NCBI GenBank assembly: GCA_018398765.1
Contig: JAHBMJ010000147.1
Coordinates: 1-55,136 of the forward strand
DNA from: Chromera velia
Taxonomy: Eukaryota
DNA length: 55,136 bases
Reading direction: 5' to 3'
Below are positions 53,020 through 55,136 of this stretch, one piece after another. Below the pieces are notes generated by a model that was given only the letters and a program-made list of their open reading frames with translations, had not been told where the DNA came from and did not search any database. Both the position numbers and the translations under genes were made by a program. The first letter of the stretch is position 1, and each line of letters begins with the position of its first letter.

Positions 53020-53740
53020 AATTCTTTCCCAAAGAAAGTACGTTGCACGAACATGCAGTGGTGGCGTTATTGCAATATTCCTCTCGCCTCGATGAACATC
53101 CCATCTCAAAGTGTATGCGATCTGCCTTCCAGTTGATAGCTGTCACAGCCCCCTTGCGCAGCCTCTTGGCTTTCAATCTTAATCCAGAAAAGCCGACAGA
53201 AAAAGGTTGTTTTTTTTTCTTGGAACAGACAGAAAGACAAACAGCCGCAAACACACGAAAACAGACAAACAAGACAAACAATGTCACACATACCGCGCAC
53301 AAAACCCCACAGAGAGAGACCTCACATCAATTACCTTACATACTTGCGTGTCATCCTTGGGGCTTCAGGCTCTTGAGGGATCAAAAATTGAAGACTCACA
53401 CACGAATGCAACACACACGCTGGAACACATATGGGACACAAATCAAAGACGCTTGAAAACCAATCCTTGAGTTACGCAAGCCAACAAAACCACAAACGGG
53501 CTGCCGTCAGAATAACTTGAGAGCCACACAGAAAGGTCTACCATACAGCGAACCAGACTGCTGACTTGATTCAGAAAGCATCATCGCAAGCCCGAATTGC
53601 AGTTCCAACCCAACCAAGGAACGAAGAGAAACACCAGAATATTCAAGGTATTGCTCACACAGGCCGATTCAACCACAGCAGCTACTGCCATCGTAGAGCT
53701 AAAACCGTCACTATTCTCTCTCTCTCTCACACACACATAC

Positions 53741-54083
53741 ACGGGCACGCACGAAGAGACAGTTGCTCCTCCAAGGCTCACGTCAGTGACCTTACTCAAT
53801 CACGATTCACCCTTCGGGCGTCAGGCTCTTGAGGGATCAAAGAGGCTCACACAAGGAGGCAAGGAGGCAACACACACATACACACACACACACACTCACA
53901 CACACACACACACACAAATATATATAAATGGGCACGCACGGGCACGCACGGGCACGCACGAACAGACAGTTGCTCCTCCAAGGCTCACGTCAGTGACCTT
54001 ACTCAATCAAGAGTCACCCTTCGGGCGTCAGGCTCTTGAGGGATCAAAGAGGCTCGCACAAGGAGGCAAGGAGGCAAGGAGGC

Positions 54084-54135
<52 letters not shown>

Positions 54136-54287
54136 CATATACATACATGGGCACGCACGGGCACGCACGAACAGACAGCTGCTCCTCCAAGGCTCACGTC
54201 AGTGACCTTACTCAATCACGATTCACCCTTCGGGCGTCAGGCTCTCGAGGGATCAAAGAGGCTCGCACAAGGAGGCAAGGAGGCAAA

Positions 54288-54318
<31 letters not shown>

Positions 54319-54455
54319 TACATACACGGGCACGCACGAACAGACAGTTGCTCCTCCAAGGCTCACGCCAGTGACCTTACTCAATCACGATTCACCCTTC
54401 GGGCGTCAGGCTCTTGAGGGATCAAAGAGGCTCACACAAGGAGGCAAGGAGGCAA

Positions 54456-54539
<84 letters not shown>

Positions 54540-54920
54540 CATGGGCACGCACAGGCACGCACGAACAGACAGTTGCTCCTCCAAGGCTCACGTCAGTGAC
54601 CTTACTCAATCACGATTCCCCCCGTCGGGCGTCAGGCTCTTGAGGGATCAAAGAGGCTCACACAAGGAGGCAAGGAGGCAAAACACTCACACACACCAAC
54701 ACACACTCACACACACTCACACACGCACACACACACACGCACACACACACGCACACACACACACACAAACACAAACACAAACACATACGGACACGGGCAC
54801 GCACGAACAGACAGTTGCTCCTCCAAGGCTCACGCCAGTGACCTTACTCAATCACGATTCACCCTTCGGGCGTCAGGCTCGTGAGGGATCAAAGAGGCTC
54901 ACACAAGGAGGCAAGGAGGC

Positions 54921-54960
<40 letters not shown>

Positions 54961-55136
54961 TGTGTGTGTATATATGTATATGTGTGTGTATACATGGGCA
55001 CGCACGGGCACGCACGAACAGACAGTTGCTCCTCCAAGGCTCACGTCAGAGACCTTACTCAATCATGATTCACCCTTCGGGCGTCAGGCTCTTGAGGGAT
55101 CAAAGAGGCTCGCACAAGGAGGCAAGGAGGCAAAAC
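53741..55136. repeat. Tandem array of at least 7 units (about 170-240 bp): conserved core of about 125 bp plus variable (CA)n(TA)n; runs off the window
   Basis: Core CAGTTGCTCCTCCAAGGCTCACG...GGATCAAAGAGGCTC near 53760, 53967, 54176, 54345, 54570, 54812 and 55023. Confidence 0.97.

Noticed and set aside
53741..55136. Conserved repeat with variable spacer as a CRISPR or coding repeat
   Set aside because: Spacers are only (CA)n/(TA)n length variants, and the ORFs shift frame from unit to unit.

Overview
Eukaryotic, intron- and microsatellite-rich genomic DNA. The style suggests a chromerid alveolate such as Chromera, but that is inference. (1) Positions 268-29725, minus strand: the 5' part of one very large multi-exon gene whose exons match the HEAT region of TRRAP/Tra1; its FAT/PIKK end is not recognisable here and probably lies off the left edge. 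(2) 30461-39614: a nested mobile-element stack. A non-coding DNA element with an 8-bp TSD, asymmetric inverted termini and a terminal hairpin carries a minisatellite array, and a decayed 6.26-kb Ty3/Gypsy chromovirus (277-bp LTRs, GGGTG TSD) has inserted into that array. (3) About 39.7-45.4 kb: gene fragments and duplicated small + strand exon cassettes, leading into an apparently intact Crinkler-like PD-(D/E)xK nuclease plus kinase gene (45399-47786). (4) About 48-53 kb: TA-rich transposon debris, including the 3' end of a LINE flanked by an 85-bp perfect duplication. (5) 53.7 kb to the end: a tandem array of about 200-bp units that appears to be an amplified exon cassette. All homology calls are by motif recognition and all counts are by hand; no searches were run.
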